A DNA stretch of 64,000 bases, taken from the NCBI RefSeq assembly GCF_006345805.1, contig NC_042998.1, positions 17,360,001-17,424,000 on the forward strand, given 5' to 3'. Shown piece by piece: positions 12,521 through 26,287 of this stretch. Numbering within the stretch: position 1 is the stretch's first letter; every line of letters begins with the position of its first letter. The notes below the pieces were generated by a model. The model made no database searches and was not told the origin of the DNA. It was given only the letters and a program-made list of their open reading frames with translations. This stretch comes from Octopus sinensis. Taxonomy: Eukaryota. The position numbers were made by a program, and so were the translations under genes.

Positions 12521-12532
12521 CTAATAATAATA
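12190..12532. repeat. Compound triplet repeats (ACY/ACT)-(AAT)-(ATT)-(AGT/AGC)
   Basis: Direct reading; roughly mirror-complementary halves. Confidence 0.9.
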
Positions 12533-12641
12533 ATCCTTTCTACTAGAAGCACAAAGCCTCGAATTTGTGGGAGGGGACTAGTCGATTACATCAACCCCAG
12601 TGTTTTACTGGTACTCAATTTATCGACCCCGAAAGGATGAA
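12533..12641 (-). mobile_element. SINE family A 3' half, short-tail variant
   Basis: tctactagaagcacaaagcctcgaattt...ctggtactcaatttatcgaccccgaaaggatgaaa. Confidence 0.8.
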
Positions 12642-12644
12642 ATA

Positions 12645-14085
12645 TATAGCTTCTACATTTTTGTTCATATGCTTTTTATCATGATTTATGCCCCTATTAA
12701 TTACTGGTAGTGTCTTCACTTTCATTCCCAAAAACTTTAGTAATTCAATCTCGAGGTCTTTGTACTCGCACAATTTCTCCATCTCTTTTGGGGCAATATT
12801 TTGGCCAAAAGGGACTGCGATGTCTATCAGTGAACAGATGTTTTTTTGTTTCGTTTTGTTTTTTGTTTTCTCCCCCCCCCTCAATCTTTGATTATTATGT
12901 CTGGGAGAATGTCATTTATATTTTTGACGATTGAACAAGGATGCCCCAGAGGATTGTGACCTGGTCGTTGTCATTAGCCTTGTTTGGCACATGTTTATAC
13001 CATTTCCTGCCAGGTTTTATATTGTAGTGTTGGCCTGTTGCCCAGTGGTTATAACTACTCACTCGGTCATATATATATTCAGATTTGACAAGGACTGGAC
13101 GACCAGAGATGATGTGTTCAACTGTCTCATTGCACTGGTTGTACATTCTGCATTTGGTGTTAAGGCCTGCTTTCATTGTTTTGTTTTATAGCTGATTTTG
13201 GTCAGGAAATCGTCTTGTGCAGTGAGAATCAGTCCTTTCGTTTCAGCTTTTAGTCCGGAGCTTTTGAGCCATTGCTGGCTTTTACTTAGGCTCACTTCCC
13301 TGTTAAGCCTTGCAAGATAGTGGTCGTCGCCCGGCGGCAGAATGTTTTGCACGCCGGGCGAAATTCTTAGCGATATTTCGTCTGCCGCTACGTTCTGAGT
13401 TCAAATTCCGCCGAGGTCACTTTCATCCTTTCGGGGTCGATAAATTAAGTACCAGTTACGCACTGGAGTCGATGTAATCGACTTAATACCTATGTCTGTC
13501 CTTGTTTGTCCCCTCTATGTTTAGCCCCTTGTGGGTAATAACGAAATACGTATAGTAATTTTTCTCTCCATTTCTTCTTTAGTGTGTTTTGCAGTTATAT
13601 TTTCATATTGTTGTTGTATTGTTGTATTTTATATCTGACAATTTCTGTTATGTTACCATCTGAGATCAGTCTATCAATGCAATGTGTTTCTCTTTTGTAT
13701 TTTGTCGCTTCCTTCTGTATTGAGAAAAAAAACTTTTCTGTTTCAGCTGCTGCATTATTACATGTAGAAGTCTTCTACTTTAAGTTTTTAAGTACTTTTC
13801 TAGTCCAACTGTTGTCATTTTATAGTAGTGGTCTATCTGCGGTAGGCTATAGCCTTATTCTGAGCGGGATAGATATATTCTGTTTGTGCCTGCTTTGGGG
13901 TGGTAACTTCGGAATCCTGTAAATTGTTTTCTGGCTTTTCTATCAAAATTTCTGATTTCTTTGATATTCCAGTTTATTATGCCGAAGTTCTATTTTATGA
14001 TTGGTATGGTTAGTGTATTTATCCCTATTACCTTTTTTTTAGCATAGCATTCGGTGTTTATTATTAGTCTAATTTCGCCAATACT
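12645..14085 (-). mobile_element. Older R4/Dong-clade non-LTR relic (post-RT region, CCHC, REL), split by a SINE
   Basis: Minus translations align by eye to the 30432 ORF: INTLTIPII..NWNIKEIRNFDRK, YHPKAGTNRIYLSR, QWLKSSGLK, CRMYNQCNETVEHIISG, ILW, LIDIAVP..KEMEKLCEYKDLEIE. Confidence 0.85.
13333..13553 (+). mobile_element. SINE family A inserted in the Dong relic
   Basis: Near-complete family A sequence between two contiguous Dong segments. Confidence 0.9.
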
Positions 14086-14089
14086 TTGC

Positions 14090-16190
14090 TCCGTTGTCCC
14101 GAAAGAGTGGTGGGACGGAGATTATAGCGGACTTCAGTTCCTACCTCGATAGATTGCCGCGTCTCTTGGGGGCCGAAGCTGAGCACTGTGAAAGGCAAAT
14201 AACTTCAGCCGAAATTCAGGATGCCCTTGCCGGCTGCTGGAGGGCCAGGTCACCAGGTGTAGAGGGGCTGCCCTATGAACTTTACGTAAATATGCTAGAC
14301 TTCTTCTCTAATCTTATCGAAGCGCTCTACGGCAACTGACAGCAGAACTGGAGTATTCCTAGTTCTGTGAGCCGGGGCGTAGTGACACTGATAACGAAGG
14401 ACAAAAACAAGAGGGACACATTAGATAATTTTAGGCCCATAACTCTGCTTAACACAGAGTTTAAGGTGTTGGCCAACGTATTAGCAAAGAGGTTGATGCT
14501 TGTCTTCGAGGACTTGGTCAGGTAGGCGCAAACCTGCGCAATCCCGACTAGGTCCATACACGACAACCTCCACCTCGTGTGATACATCATAGAAAGGGTA
14601 GGGTGTAAAACTGGCTTCGGTGGGGCGCTGATCAATTTAGATAAATTGAAAGCATACGAGAACGTCCACCATCGATATCTGGAGACTGTCCTCAAAGCGG
14701 CTGACGTCGGCCCCGTCTTCAAAGTTTGTATTGCTGCAATGCACACGGCATCTGCTCGGTGGTCAAAGTTAATGGCCACCTCTAGGAACCGTTTCAGATC
14801 TCCCGATCGGTCCGTCAATAGTGTTCTCTCTCCTCCCTCCTGTACGTATTGACTCGTGAGCCTTTACTGCTGACGCTGGAGATGCTGCAAGGCACCCTGC
14901 TCGAACCGGAATGCAAGTGAGCCGTATTGGCATATGCAGACGTCATCACCGTGATGGTGTCGTACAGAAATCAAGGTGGTCGGCACATCATTGGAGGAAT
15001 ATGAAAAGGTGACGGGAGCAAAACTTAACCCAGAAAAGTCGGTGAGCTTGCAGTTCGGCACCTGGAGAGGCAAGTTCATGTCGTCCACAGCGTCGTTGGG
15101 CGCTGTATGGACGGACCGGTAAAATTGCTTGTGGTTTGGTTCGAACCAGACTTCTGGGTTGATAAGAACTGGGACGACGTGACGTGCAGGGTAGCCTGTC
15201 TTACCTAGAAATGGGCTGGGAGGAAGCTATCACTTATAATTATAAGGTCGAGCGGAGGCGGCGAAGGCATACATCGCGTGTCATCTACTACCGCTTGAAT
15301 TCTATAGGGGGTTAATTGAAAGAAAGAACGATGACGCACTTGAACAGAAGCTAGACGTTGACGAAATCGAACTGACCAGTCTGTTAAAGGGGACTTCCGA
15401 GCCGGGGACGATGAATAACTTCCAGAAACCCCTTGCTTGGCAGTGCTACCGGGGGGAATGAGTACTGTCGGTTCGAGATAAACTCTACAGGCAGGGACGT
15501 GCTGTCAGACGGACGTGCCCTAGATGCGCCCAGAACGAGGAAACCGTCCTGCACGCATTTGTCCAGTGCCCTTGCACAACTGACCTGTGGAGTTATGTTG
15601 AACAGCTGTTATCATGCGCAGGACTAATCCGACTATCGGCCGAGTCCATAGTGAAGATCTTTCCGCCGCTTTACATTGGTCCGGAAGGTCAGGCAATTTT
15701 TCTCTGTCTGATTGCACTATTGAAAGTGGTTGTAATGTGTACCAGGTTGAAAGGACTGAAGACAGACACTTTTCTCTTCGGTCCATCCCTCATTAACTTT
15801 TTTGAAATTTTATTTGGAAAGGAAGATGAGGTGGGAAGAGAGAAGTCCTGTCTCCCAGTACATTTGCTAAAAGTTGAGTGAATGTAGCGAAAATGGAACA
15901 TGTGACTAGACCTACTCTAATAATGCGCCTGTAAGCTAGTGAATTTGAGAGGAAGAAGGGTATTCTTCCCAAATTCCCTCGAAGCGTTGAGTGGTTTAGG
16001 ATTGGTGGGGTACCTGAACCAACTCCAGGTGGTTACTCCCCCCCCCCTATTGGGGAAATTTCATTGTTATATTCTTTCGTTGGTTATCATTGTTATTCTT
16101 TTGTGTACTTGTTGTTTCTGTGTAAAATCCCCACAGTCCATGTCTACAGTATCGTCCCCTATATGAAAAAACCCTAATGGCTAATAAATG
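14090..16190 (+). mobile_element. Tx1/L1-group LINE, 5'-truncated, degenerate RT plus C-terminus and 3' UTR
   Basis: SPGVEGLPYELY, NFRPITLLNTEFKVLANVLAKRL, INLDKLKAYENVHHRYL, AYADVI; ends aataaatgaaataataat. Confidence 0.9.
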
Positions 16191-16218
16191 AAATAATAAT
16201 AATAATCATAACAATAAC

Positions 16219-16261
<43 letters not shown>

Positions 16262-16281
16262 TAATAATAATAATAATAATA

Positions 16282-16334
<53 letters not shown>

Positions 16335-16353
16335 TAATAATAATAATAATAAA

Positions 16354-16405
<52 letters not shown>
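16190..16405. repeat. (AAT)n followed head-to-head by (ATT)n
   Basis: Strand switch at aaatatt, about 16351. Confidence 0.95.
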
Positions 16406-16407
<2 letters not shown>

Positions 16408-18173
16408 TTTGTTATTGGTGTTGCTACTGCTGGCATTGTTGTTGTTGTTGCTGTTGTTGGTGTTGTACTTACAAAAGAAGTCTTGTTTCGAACCTCCTGT
16501 GTATTATGGAATTTTGCGGTCATAAGAAAAGTTGTTTATATTTTTAATGTATCATCTCCTTACTAAGCTACCAATCTCCATCGGAGGTCAGTTGACTTTG
16601 CTAAATATACGTCCCCTACGGGCACATTTTGGTAATATTATCGGCGAACTACGTGGTGAAAAGCAATATATCTTCTGAAATCAAAGGTGGCGGATGACTC
16701 TTGATACAGATCTTTTGAAAATAGATTATCTCCTCTAACTACTATAGTTTCCAGAAATGCACATACGTATAACAACACAACGACATCAACAAGAAAGCAA
16801 CCAGAACAGCAACAGCAGCAACATAATCTCAAATAAAAAAAATAACGTGAAAGCAAGGCTACCACCACAAATCACACGGCCGCAAAGAACTAGAACAGGA
16901 ACAGCAGTAGTAAAGTAAAGTAAGACAGTGATACTAGCACAACTATTCTTCACCACCGCAATCACCACAGTACCACCTCCACTAACGCAAATCTTAAAAG
17001 AATAAAAGAGCAACCAATGAATTTTGTAAACAAATTGGAAACGTTTTTGCATATACGTGCCAAAAACTTAAGTGAGTAATAATTACGGAATATGGACTAA
17101 GTGAAGCAAAAACACATTTCACTAAGAATGGCTGTATTATATACAAATTCAACAGAAGAAATATAAGACAAAATGAAAGACAAAATTCATAAACATATAT
17201 TTACACCGAAGTGACTTCAGCGAATATCCGTCTCGAAGTGAAATGTGTCTTAAGCCAATATTGGGCATAAAAATCACATATCGTTTGAAGAAATCTACTT
17301 ATCACAGTTAAAGCGAGGTTCCCAAATGAACAAGATGGTAATTGCAATTTGACCACATCTCTAAAAAGCGACGAACTACTGCTGATTCCTGCGTACACTG
17401 GTCAGAATATTTTGAAAGTAAACTTGGTTGAGATACAACTAGAAGTTGATATCCCCTTGCTTGTGGTGACCGTAATATATGAAATGAAAAGCTACCATTG
17501 CCCAGTCTGAGTAAATTAAATTGCCCAGGCACTGCAATGGAACAACTAATTCAGATCGATCAGGGAAAAATATAAATTGTGACGTTACTATCTTCATATC
17601 TACGAGGTTGACTGAAATGTAAAGAATTGAACAGGTTTCAACTCTTCATAGGCAGATACGTCATCACTCTCACGGAGTAAATCATTCGTTTCCAGCACAG
17701 AACTGCTCTTCTGTATTCATGTTAGTCTAGGTATTGGTTTGTGGGTTAGAATATATTCTGATTTCAATGGTGAGTTCTCCGTTTATAGTCATAGTGGGGC
17801 CAGCAGAGTAGAAGAACGTGGATTTTATATATTGGAGCACACACACGGACATGTGTGTATGTGCGTGTGTTCGTGCGTACATGTGTGTATGCGTGTATCT
17901 ATGTGCATACGCATATATACACGTACAAATACATATATACATAAAGAATCAAATAGATGTATGAACTCTCCTACCTCAATTTGAGACACATTGTTGGAGT
18001 TAGTCATTAATTATTTGATTCTCAAAAGAAAGTTAATATGAAATGATATAACGAATTTTGAAGTTGCAATATATATAGCACATGAGATAATCGTTATCCT
18101 GAATATCTGTTTATACATAAGTCAAGATATATTAAGTAATATAATATATATGATTTAATAAATTATTGTTAAA

Positions 18174-18562
18174 TGGATGGAAGCACTCCGTCGGTTACGA
18201 CGATGAGGGTTCCGGTTGATCCGAATCAACGGAACAGCCTGCTCGTGAAATTAACGTGTAAGTGGCTGAGCACTCCACAGACACGTGCACCCTTAACGTA
18301 GTTCTTGGGGATATTCAGCGTGACACAGAGAGTGTCAAGGCCGGCCCTTTGAAATACAGGTACAACAGAAACAGGAAGTAAGAGTGAGAGAAAGTTGTGG
18401 TGAAAGAGTACAGCAGGGATCACCACCATCCCCTGCCGGAGCCTCGTGGAGCTTTAGGTGTTTTCGCTCGATAAACACTCACAACGCCCGGTCTGGGAAT
18501 CGAAACCGCGATCCTCCGACCGCGAGTCTGCTGCCCTAACCACTGGGCCATTGCGCCTCCAC
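18174..18562 (-). mobile_element. SINE family C (tRNA-Arg-like head, probable Nin-type domain) with 11-bp TSD
   Basis: Reverse complement of 42682-43071; TSD ttattgttaaa at 18163-18173 and 18563-18573. Confidence 0.9.
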
Positions 18563-19289
18563 TTATTGTTAAAATATATTAACTTCAATACAAATAACGT
18601 ACAAGTTGTCTCTATACAGTTATGTAATTATTGTAGCTAAATTGCCCTTCTCATACAAGGACGAAACGACCATGATCGATATTTAACAAGAATGGGAGCT
18701 TGTAAATGTACCATAAATTGAATTTTATAACTTCCATGATGTAATATGTGACCATTATAAACATGGAGATTAGGGGTTGATTTCTTCAAGACGTGATAGT
18801 AAGTCTACTATCAATGGGCAGCATTTATAATTGAAAACTATGCTATAAATTTTAACATAATTAAAGCGGAGAGTCTTGCTGCGTGTATTGTTGCGTAATA
18901 AAGGAGTAATAGAGAAATCTTGTGTAAGAAATTAGTATTTCCATGTCTTCACTTCTGTGTGGTATACGTATATATTAAGGGTCCATATTCATTAATTCTG
19001 TTCCTTATTCCTGGCGTCATATAATAATTGTCTCAAAGGAACATATATTTCATCCAAAATCATATACATAAGTGCATACACAGAAGCATAAATGCATACT
19101 TACATATATGTGTGTATGCATGCGTGCGCGCGTGTGTGCACATAACTTGTGAGAGTGTTTATGTATCTCTGAAAAAAAGTATACATCGATACCAGATTAT
19201 ATGTGCGGTGGGGGGTCTTAGCTTGATTATTACAAATAATTACTATTTTCTTCCACTTTTCTTCCGTAAAGGAAGATCATAAATTAATT

Positions 19290-19498
19290 CACTTTCTCAC
19301 TAAAATATATAATATTGGTTTCAAATTCTGGCTCGAGGCCAGTAACTTCAGCGGAGGATAATTGTTTAGTTGGACCCCAGTGTTCAACTGGTACTTATTT
19401 TATCGACCCTCAAAAGGATGGAAAGCAAAGTCGATCTCGGCGGAATTGGAACGCAGAACGATGGCATGCCGCAAAGCGTTTTGCCCAGCGTCTAAGAA
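19290..19498 (-). mobile_element. SINE family A, degenerate
   Basis: ctggtacttattttatcgaccctcaaaaggatggaaagcaaagtcgatctcggcggaatt. Confidence 0.75.
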
Positions 19499-19499
19499 A

Positions 19500-19980
19500 T
19501 TCTTATTTCTTTACTGCCCACAAGGGAATACACACAGAGGGCACAAACAAGGACATACAAACGGATTAAGTCGATTATGAACGCAGTGCGTAACTGGTAC
19601 TTACTTAATCGAGGCGGCGAGGTGGCAGAACCGTTAGCACCCCGGGCGAAATGCGTAGCCGTATTTCGTCTGCCGTTACGCTCTGAGTTCAAATTCCGCC
19701 AAGGTCGACTTTGCCTTTCATCCTTTCGGGGTCGATAAATTAAGTACCAGTTACGCACTGGGGTCGATGTAATCGACTTAATCCGTCTGTCTGTCCTTGT
19801 TTGTCTCCTCTGTGTTTAGCCCCTTGTGTGTAGTAAAGAAATAGGTACTTACTTAATCGACTCCGTAAGGATGTAAGGTAAGTCGACCTCGGCGAAATTT
19901 GAATTCAGAATATAGCGGCCGACAAAATACTACTAGGCATTTCGCCCGGCGTACTAAAGTTTCTGCCAGCTTACCGCCTT
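19500..19980 (-). mobile_element. SINE family A host copy, split by a younger family A insertion
   Basis: Tail at 19500-19612 continues at 19844-19980. Confidence 0.85.
19613..19843 (+). mobile_element. SINE family A, full length, 17-bp TSD
   Basis: TSD ggtacttacttaatcga at 19596-19612 and 19844-19860. Confidence 0.95.
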
Positions 19981-20035
19981 ACTAACCCCCGAAATAACCT
20001 CTGAAATATACCAACAACATCGCAAGTATCCAACA

Positions 20036-20535
20036 TCCCCCGAAATATGGCATATACAGTCATTACCCACTTTTGTCTCCGATCTCATTGCTTTTTTACA
20101 TATGACGTCTCGATACGAAACGTTGTATCAAAAACCAGTGCTGGTTATAGTGTCTATAAAATATATGTAGAAACAACCTTTAAAATAATATAACAAGCAC
20201 TGCTGACGTAGTAGGACGTGGTACAGACTTATAAAAATATTTAGTATAATTCATAGTATAATGTGATAGCATACCGAAGTGCCACGCACCAGGTGAACGT
20301 CTAACATGTAAATTGGAATAACCAATAAGTTAACACCGCTGTATGCGGTGGCTATATAAGCAATGTCTTCAGGGAAGAAGTGGACTACATGGGTGCTGTG
20401 GAGGGGAGAAAAGCAAACCCCGAAATATGGCTTATACGCTCATTACCCACTTTTGTCTCCAATCTCGATACGAAACGTAACACAAATCCTTTCTAGCTAT
20501 AGAATATCTGTAGAAACAATTTTTAAAATATGTAA
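20036..20535. repeat. Imperfect direct repeat of about 120-155 bp (20036-20192, 20415-20535)
   Basis: ccccgaaatatggc..tatac..tcattacccacttttgtctcc..tctcgatacgaaacgt in both. Confidence 0.8.
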
Positions 20536-21023
20536 CGCTATGCAGGAAAACTGAACGCCATGATAATACGTATATTCGTAAAGCCTACGAGTGTCCAATC
20601 ACACTCTAGGATTTTGCAATTTTTTGGCGTTGAGAAAAAATTGTGACAGAGCGAGGGAGAGAAACATTGTGTTGATCGATACATAATTTTTTTCACGTAA
20701 TGTGGAAGGGTATTTAATTTCCCTTTATATATTTTTTGATGTTTTTTTTTCTATTTTCGAACGAATTATTTTTGGCCATATAAATACGTCTTTCATGGCT
20801 TGTATGAATTGAAAATTAGTAAACTGAAGAGAGACGACGCACCTGGGCTATTAAATATTCGTTGAATTATACGGATCTTAATTAAGTTAACAAGGTTTCA
20901 ATTATTGTTTTGAAGTCTGAATTTTCATTATTCTCATCTACTATACATTTGCCTTCCACATACTATAAAATATCTTAAGATTTTATGTACGCACACACAC
21001 ATGCGTATATATGTACGTATGTT

Positions 21024-21073
<50 letters not shown>

Positions 21074-21114
21074 TGTCTATGTATAGAAATGGTTACATAT
21101 ATATATATGTGTAT

Positions 21115-21155
<41 letters not shown>

Positions 21156-22707
21156 TATAGACATATATACATAAATATATGTAGGTATGTACAATAGATA
21201 GATAATCAAATTATGACGATACGAAATGAAAGATAAACAATTAGTTTTATGAGAATACTATGCACCATTTTGATATTAAGAACAGGAAAAATTAAATTGC
21301 TGTGAAACTGATATATGGGTAAGAAACGTATATTCATCTGTAAATTATATAATATTGAGAACATAAAAAGTTTGTATTGAAGGAAATTTCGTTGTAGCTC
21401 ACCCATCAACTAAACCACTAAGCTATTCTGAATTCTGTTTCCGACATGACCTATCCGACATATAGTCGACATACAGACACTACCAAAACTTCCTTGTATT
21501 TACCTTTAAAGTGTACTGGAACGTTACTCTTTCAACTCTGTAGCAATCACCAAATCACCAAGAAAGCTGACTCTATGACAGTCTTGAAATAAGCATTGCC
21601 ATGCTGTTAAGTTGTAAAGATATTCATTTGTTTTGACATAAAATTGTTCCGAGTTTCAGGATCCTGACATCTTTGAAATGTGTCTTTTTACATAGCGTCG
21701 TGTTCGATTTCTGCGAGTGAAATTTATACCGAGAATTCTTTGTGAAAATGCGTAAATGGAAATTATTTGATGCCTGTCAGATGGAATCTACCCTTTCTTT
21801 TCTAGTCGACCTCGTATTCTATATTGTTTGACATTACCACCTTGTAATTCTGTTTTTGTTTTGATATACCGCAGTCTGTTCTTTTACAAGCGCTTAGATC
21901 AGGCATCTCTACTGAAGGATAGTGGACTTCTTGACGTGCTGCCACATACTGCATCAGTCTATGAGTTTACATGTATTCCTCTCAGCTCCCCCTTCACTTA
22001 AATGTCATTTTTATAGCCTTTATTATTCTTTCTTTGAGTGAACTCTGAGAAAAATAGGCATTTGCATAGCTCATCAGTTTCTTAATATTATGTGTGTGTA
22101 CGTATATATATATTTATATAATATAATATAATATAATATAATAGAATATAATATCGATATGTGTGTGTGCGTTTGTTATAGGTGCGTACGCTATATTATA
22201 TGCATAACTTAAACTATATCATCTAGACCATATATGTAAGCAACATCAGTCAACATAATGTACACACACACACACACACACAAACACACGCACATACACA
22301 CGCACAAACACTCACAAAAATAAGAAAAGTGTGCTCAGAACAATTGACATCATTTTGAACTTCTATAATAATCACTGGACGAACGTAATATCTATTTACG
22401 TCATTAATATAAGAAACAAAACTCCTCAAACTACATTCCATGCCTACACATGAGCGTGGCTATAATATCAAGGATACATTCTATATCAACTGTAGGATAA
22501 ATTCCTCTTATTTACTTGCCATTGTTGTTATAAGGATATTCAAGTGAGCAAATCATATTTTAATGGATACGCGCTAATAATAATTTCTTACTGTGAATAC
22601 ATGTGTCTAGGCAGGCTTTCCTTTTTTATTTACCTATTCACTTCTTTCAGCAGCCTTCATCTCGTTTTTCCCCCGATTTCTTATGTACTAACATCGGGAT
22701 TTTCAAG

Positions 22708-22797
22708 TGCGGAGGCTCAAGATTGCTTGGAGATACGAGACGTGCTTTTAAAAACCTACCTAGATACGGTTCCACAGAAAGAAGCTATACGCAACTC
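22708..22797 (+). CDS. Candidate 90-nt exon, unidentified (xAEAQDCLEIRDVLLKTYLDTVPQKEAIRNS; alternative frame also open)
   Basis: TACTAAC branch-like site, ttttcaag| acceptor (alternative ttctttcag| at 22650), |gtatgt donor. Confidence 0.35.
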
Positions 22798-23216
22798 GTA
22801 TGTTTATATTGTGTACATTCTATGCTGTTTCCTCCCCCATCCTTTACTATTCCACTTTTCTCTCTTTCACCGTTTTCTCTCTGTCTCTCTCACTCTTTCT
22901 CTTTTTTCTCTCCCTCTCGTTGCTCACATATGACCATCGTCCATCTTTCTTTTCCTCACGTTACAATCTTTCTTTTCCTGCATGATGTTCTAATGATTGG
23001 ACGTTTTATATCCATCTTTCTCTTTTATATTATCTCAATTCAAAGAAGATATTTCTCCCAGTGTTCACTATATTCCTCTCGCTCTGGTTTAACGACTCTC
23101 CATGTTTGGTTTCGCTCGGTTACCTTGTATGTCTACACTGTCGTGTGTCCAACTTTGACTCTCCATAGATCCCAATTTTTATTTTGGAATTCATGGGAGT
23201 AACTCTCTTGAAGACT

Positions 23217-23555
<339 letters not shown>

Positions 23556-23936
23556 CCAGTTATAACGATAAAGAAATTAAACAACTTGTATTTGATATAT
23601 TCCACATTTAATCATTATTGAAATGTAAGAACTTTTTGTACACTGCTGACGGAGGCCTGATTTACCCAAAGTTCCTTTCCTTCCATAATAGCCTACATAT
23701 TGATGTGAGCTACATCTACCAACATTATGATGGATCTCCGAGCCTTAGAGACAGCTATTCGACTTCTATCACCCTACTTCTTTCTTTTTAATTTTTTTTT
23801 TATTTCTTGTACTTTGTGCAAGCTTGATCTATTAATATAAATGCCTACATATTTATACTTAAATATTCACAGTATGATAGTCTCCAGCCTTTGCTTTTCT
23901 CTAATTGCATCTATACATGTATTCATATAGCCCGAT

Positions 23937-23971
<35 letters not shown>

Positions 23972-23974
<3 letters not shown>

Positions 23975-24163
23975 CGAGTTTACGAAAAAACAAAAGACGA
24001 GGACAGGTGGTGTAAAAAACAAACAGATATATTAGTATAACGCTCAGGAATAGAAAAAGGCTTTTACGTTTCGATCCTACGCTCTTCTACAGAAAGAGAT
24101 ACAGAAAATACAAGGAGAGAAAAAGATGTGTGTAGTGGTTAACGATCTATCATGGCGACTAGA
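23972..24163 (-). mobile_element. About 190-bp (TA)n-embedded ribozyme-bearing module (family H1)
   Basis: Homologous end to end with 36259-36452; related to 36925-37127 and 50106-50272. Confidence 0.8.
24061..24096 (-). ncRNA. Minimal hammerhead-like motif (A6U, extra A after A9)
   Basis: CTTT-CTGTAGAA-GAGC-gtag-GATC-GAAA-CG-TA-AAAG; palindromic ACGT helix III. Confidence 0.5.
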
Positions 24164-24179
24164 ATATATATATATATGT

Positions 24180-26062
24180 AATAACTTAGATATGTTTCGA
24201 CCAAAGATTGGTCTAGGCCATGTCTAAATTAATAGCACCACCAGATAGGATTATTCGAATCCTGTTTAAGTCAAGTTTTGTTCAAGTAGTGAGTTCTTGT
24301 TGGGTGAGTTATATCCAATTATGGGTGGCTTATCTGGTATTCTTTGAAGGAATCTATCCAGTCTCCGTTTAAAGTTGATGGGATCCTTTTCCTCCTTGAT
24401 CTCCCTCGGGACAATGTTAAATAGGGCAGGGCCTGTTGAGGAAAAGAAATTATGTTGCAGCGTACATATATGTTGTGATCTTGAATTGGACAGGGGACGT
24501 AAGGCCCGTGGTCCTAGTCTTGGATGAACCTTGAAGCTACTGTTAAGGACGTTTGGGCAAAGTTGGCGGTATATTTTCCACATCGTACAAATGATGTACC
24601 GCTCACGGCGACGCTGGAGGGAGTAAAGTTTCAAGGCTTTAAGGCGATCCCAATAATCGAGAGCAGCCATGCCTTCAATTCGTTTAGTGAGTGCCCTCTG
24701 GGGTGACTCAATCCTGGAGATGTTTTGTCTTGCATGGGGAGACCACAGTGGGCTGCAGTATTCAAGACGTGGCCGTACAAAGGAGGAGAATAGTGGTATG
24801 ATGTCACCTTGTTCTCTGGACCGGAAAGTTCTTAAGATCCAGGAACTCATCCTACGAGGTATATCGACCTTCTTGTTGATGTGTGCACTGGAACTGAGAT
24901 CGTCATCAACATTTACACCCAGGTTTTTGATATTGTTAGAGGCTGTGAGCGGTTCCCCTGAGAGTATGGTTGTTTTAGTGAGGAATTTCTTCCAAAATGC
25001 ATCAGCTCAAATTTTCCCTCATTCAGTTGCATTTTGTTTCTGTCTGCCCATTGACTCACAGCATATAAATCAGACTGGAGTTGAGTTCGGTCTGCTTCTT
25101 CATTGACGATTTGCTGGATCTTAGTGTCATCAGCAAATATTTTCACTTTGCATTAATGTACGACACTGGAAAGGTCGTTTATGTAGATTATGAAGAGTAG
25201 CGGACCCAAAACATTCCCCTGGGGAACACCGCTGGTGACTTTTGCTGGGTTTGAGTGGACTCCATCAACTACAACATGTTGTGTTCTATTCGCCAGGAAA
25301 TACTTAATCCAGTGTAGAACTTTTCCACGGATTCCAACATTTGCCAATTTTGAGAGTAAGATATTATGGTCTACCCTGTCGAACGCTTTACTGAAGTCAA
25401 GATATATGACGTCAGAGTTCGAACCTGTTCCCAAGGCTTTGAGTACATCTTCAATGTGGTGTAAGAGCTGTGTTAGACAGTCCTTGCCACAGCGAAAGCC
25501 ATGCTGATTTGCATTTAGGAGTTTGTGGGTCTCCAGGAAGTCAGCTATCCTCGATCTTAACACTCTTTCAAACACTTTAATGATGTGGGAGGTGAGTGAG
25601 ATTGGGCGATAGTTGACTGCGAGGGATCTGTTTCCCTGTTTGAAAACCGGGATGACCGACTGGGATAGAAACTGTTCGGTATATAATCTGCGTCTAACGA
25701 ATTTCTCCAGAGGTTGGTCAGAGGGACTGCAAGTTGATGTCTACATTCCTTCAGGAGACTAGCGGGGAATCTATCAGGGCCTACAGCAGAGTAGTATTTG
25801 ACCTCATTTATTGCTGCTACGATGTCAGTGGCAGTGAAGATTTTGTGTTGGGAGTCAACTTCGTTCGTTTCTCTTATGTCAGTATCAGTGGGAACACTAA
25901 AGACAGAGCAGTATTGTTTCTGCAGTATTTCTGCCATTTCTTTAGCATCGTGTTGGGGAATGCCGTTATCATCAATCAATGGCCCAATGGGTGAGGCAGT
26001 GGTTCTATGCTTATTTGCATAAGAATAGAACACTTTTGGGTTCTGTTTGATGTTTTTGATTA
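24180..26062 (-). mobile_element. CR1/L2-group LINE, 5'-truncated, frameshifted RT
   Basis: QHGFRCGKDCLTQLL, YLDFSKAFDRVDH, GVPQGNVLGPLLFIIYINDL, FADDTKI, RPRLEYCSPLWSP, LKLYSLQRRRER. Confidence 0.95.
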
Positions 26063-26241
26063 CCCATGTATGCATGTACATATATGTACATATATGTGTG
26101 TATGTATTTATAGCCCCAAACATTTTGTCATACACAGTTTATATGTCAATATACTACATACTTTTATGTGTAACTTTACCTTCTTCGAGTTGCACCGTTA
26201 AAAACAAACAACTTATTTCATACATATATACATAAAAACAA

Positions 26242-26287
<46 letters not shown>

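Noticed and set aside
18226-18429. Near-identical peptides MVVIPAVLFHHNF.. here and at 42766-43017, and repeated ORFs in SINE A/B copies
   Set aside because: Chance frames inside SINE copies, not paralogous genes
20336-20352. Helitron 3' hairpin caccgc-tgtat-gcggtg
   Set aside because: No CTRR terminus at the expected distance and no TC 5' end identified
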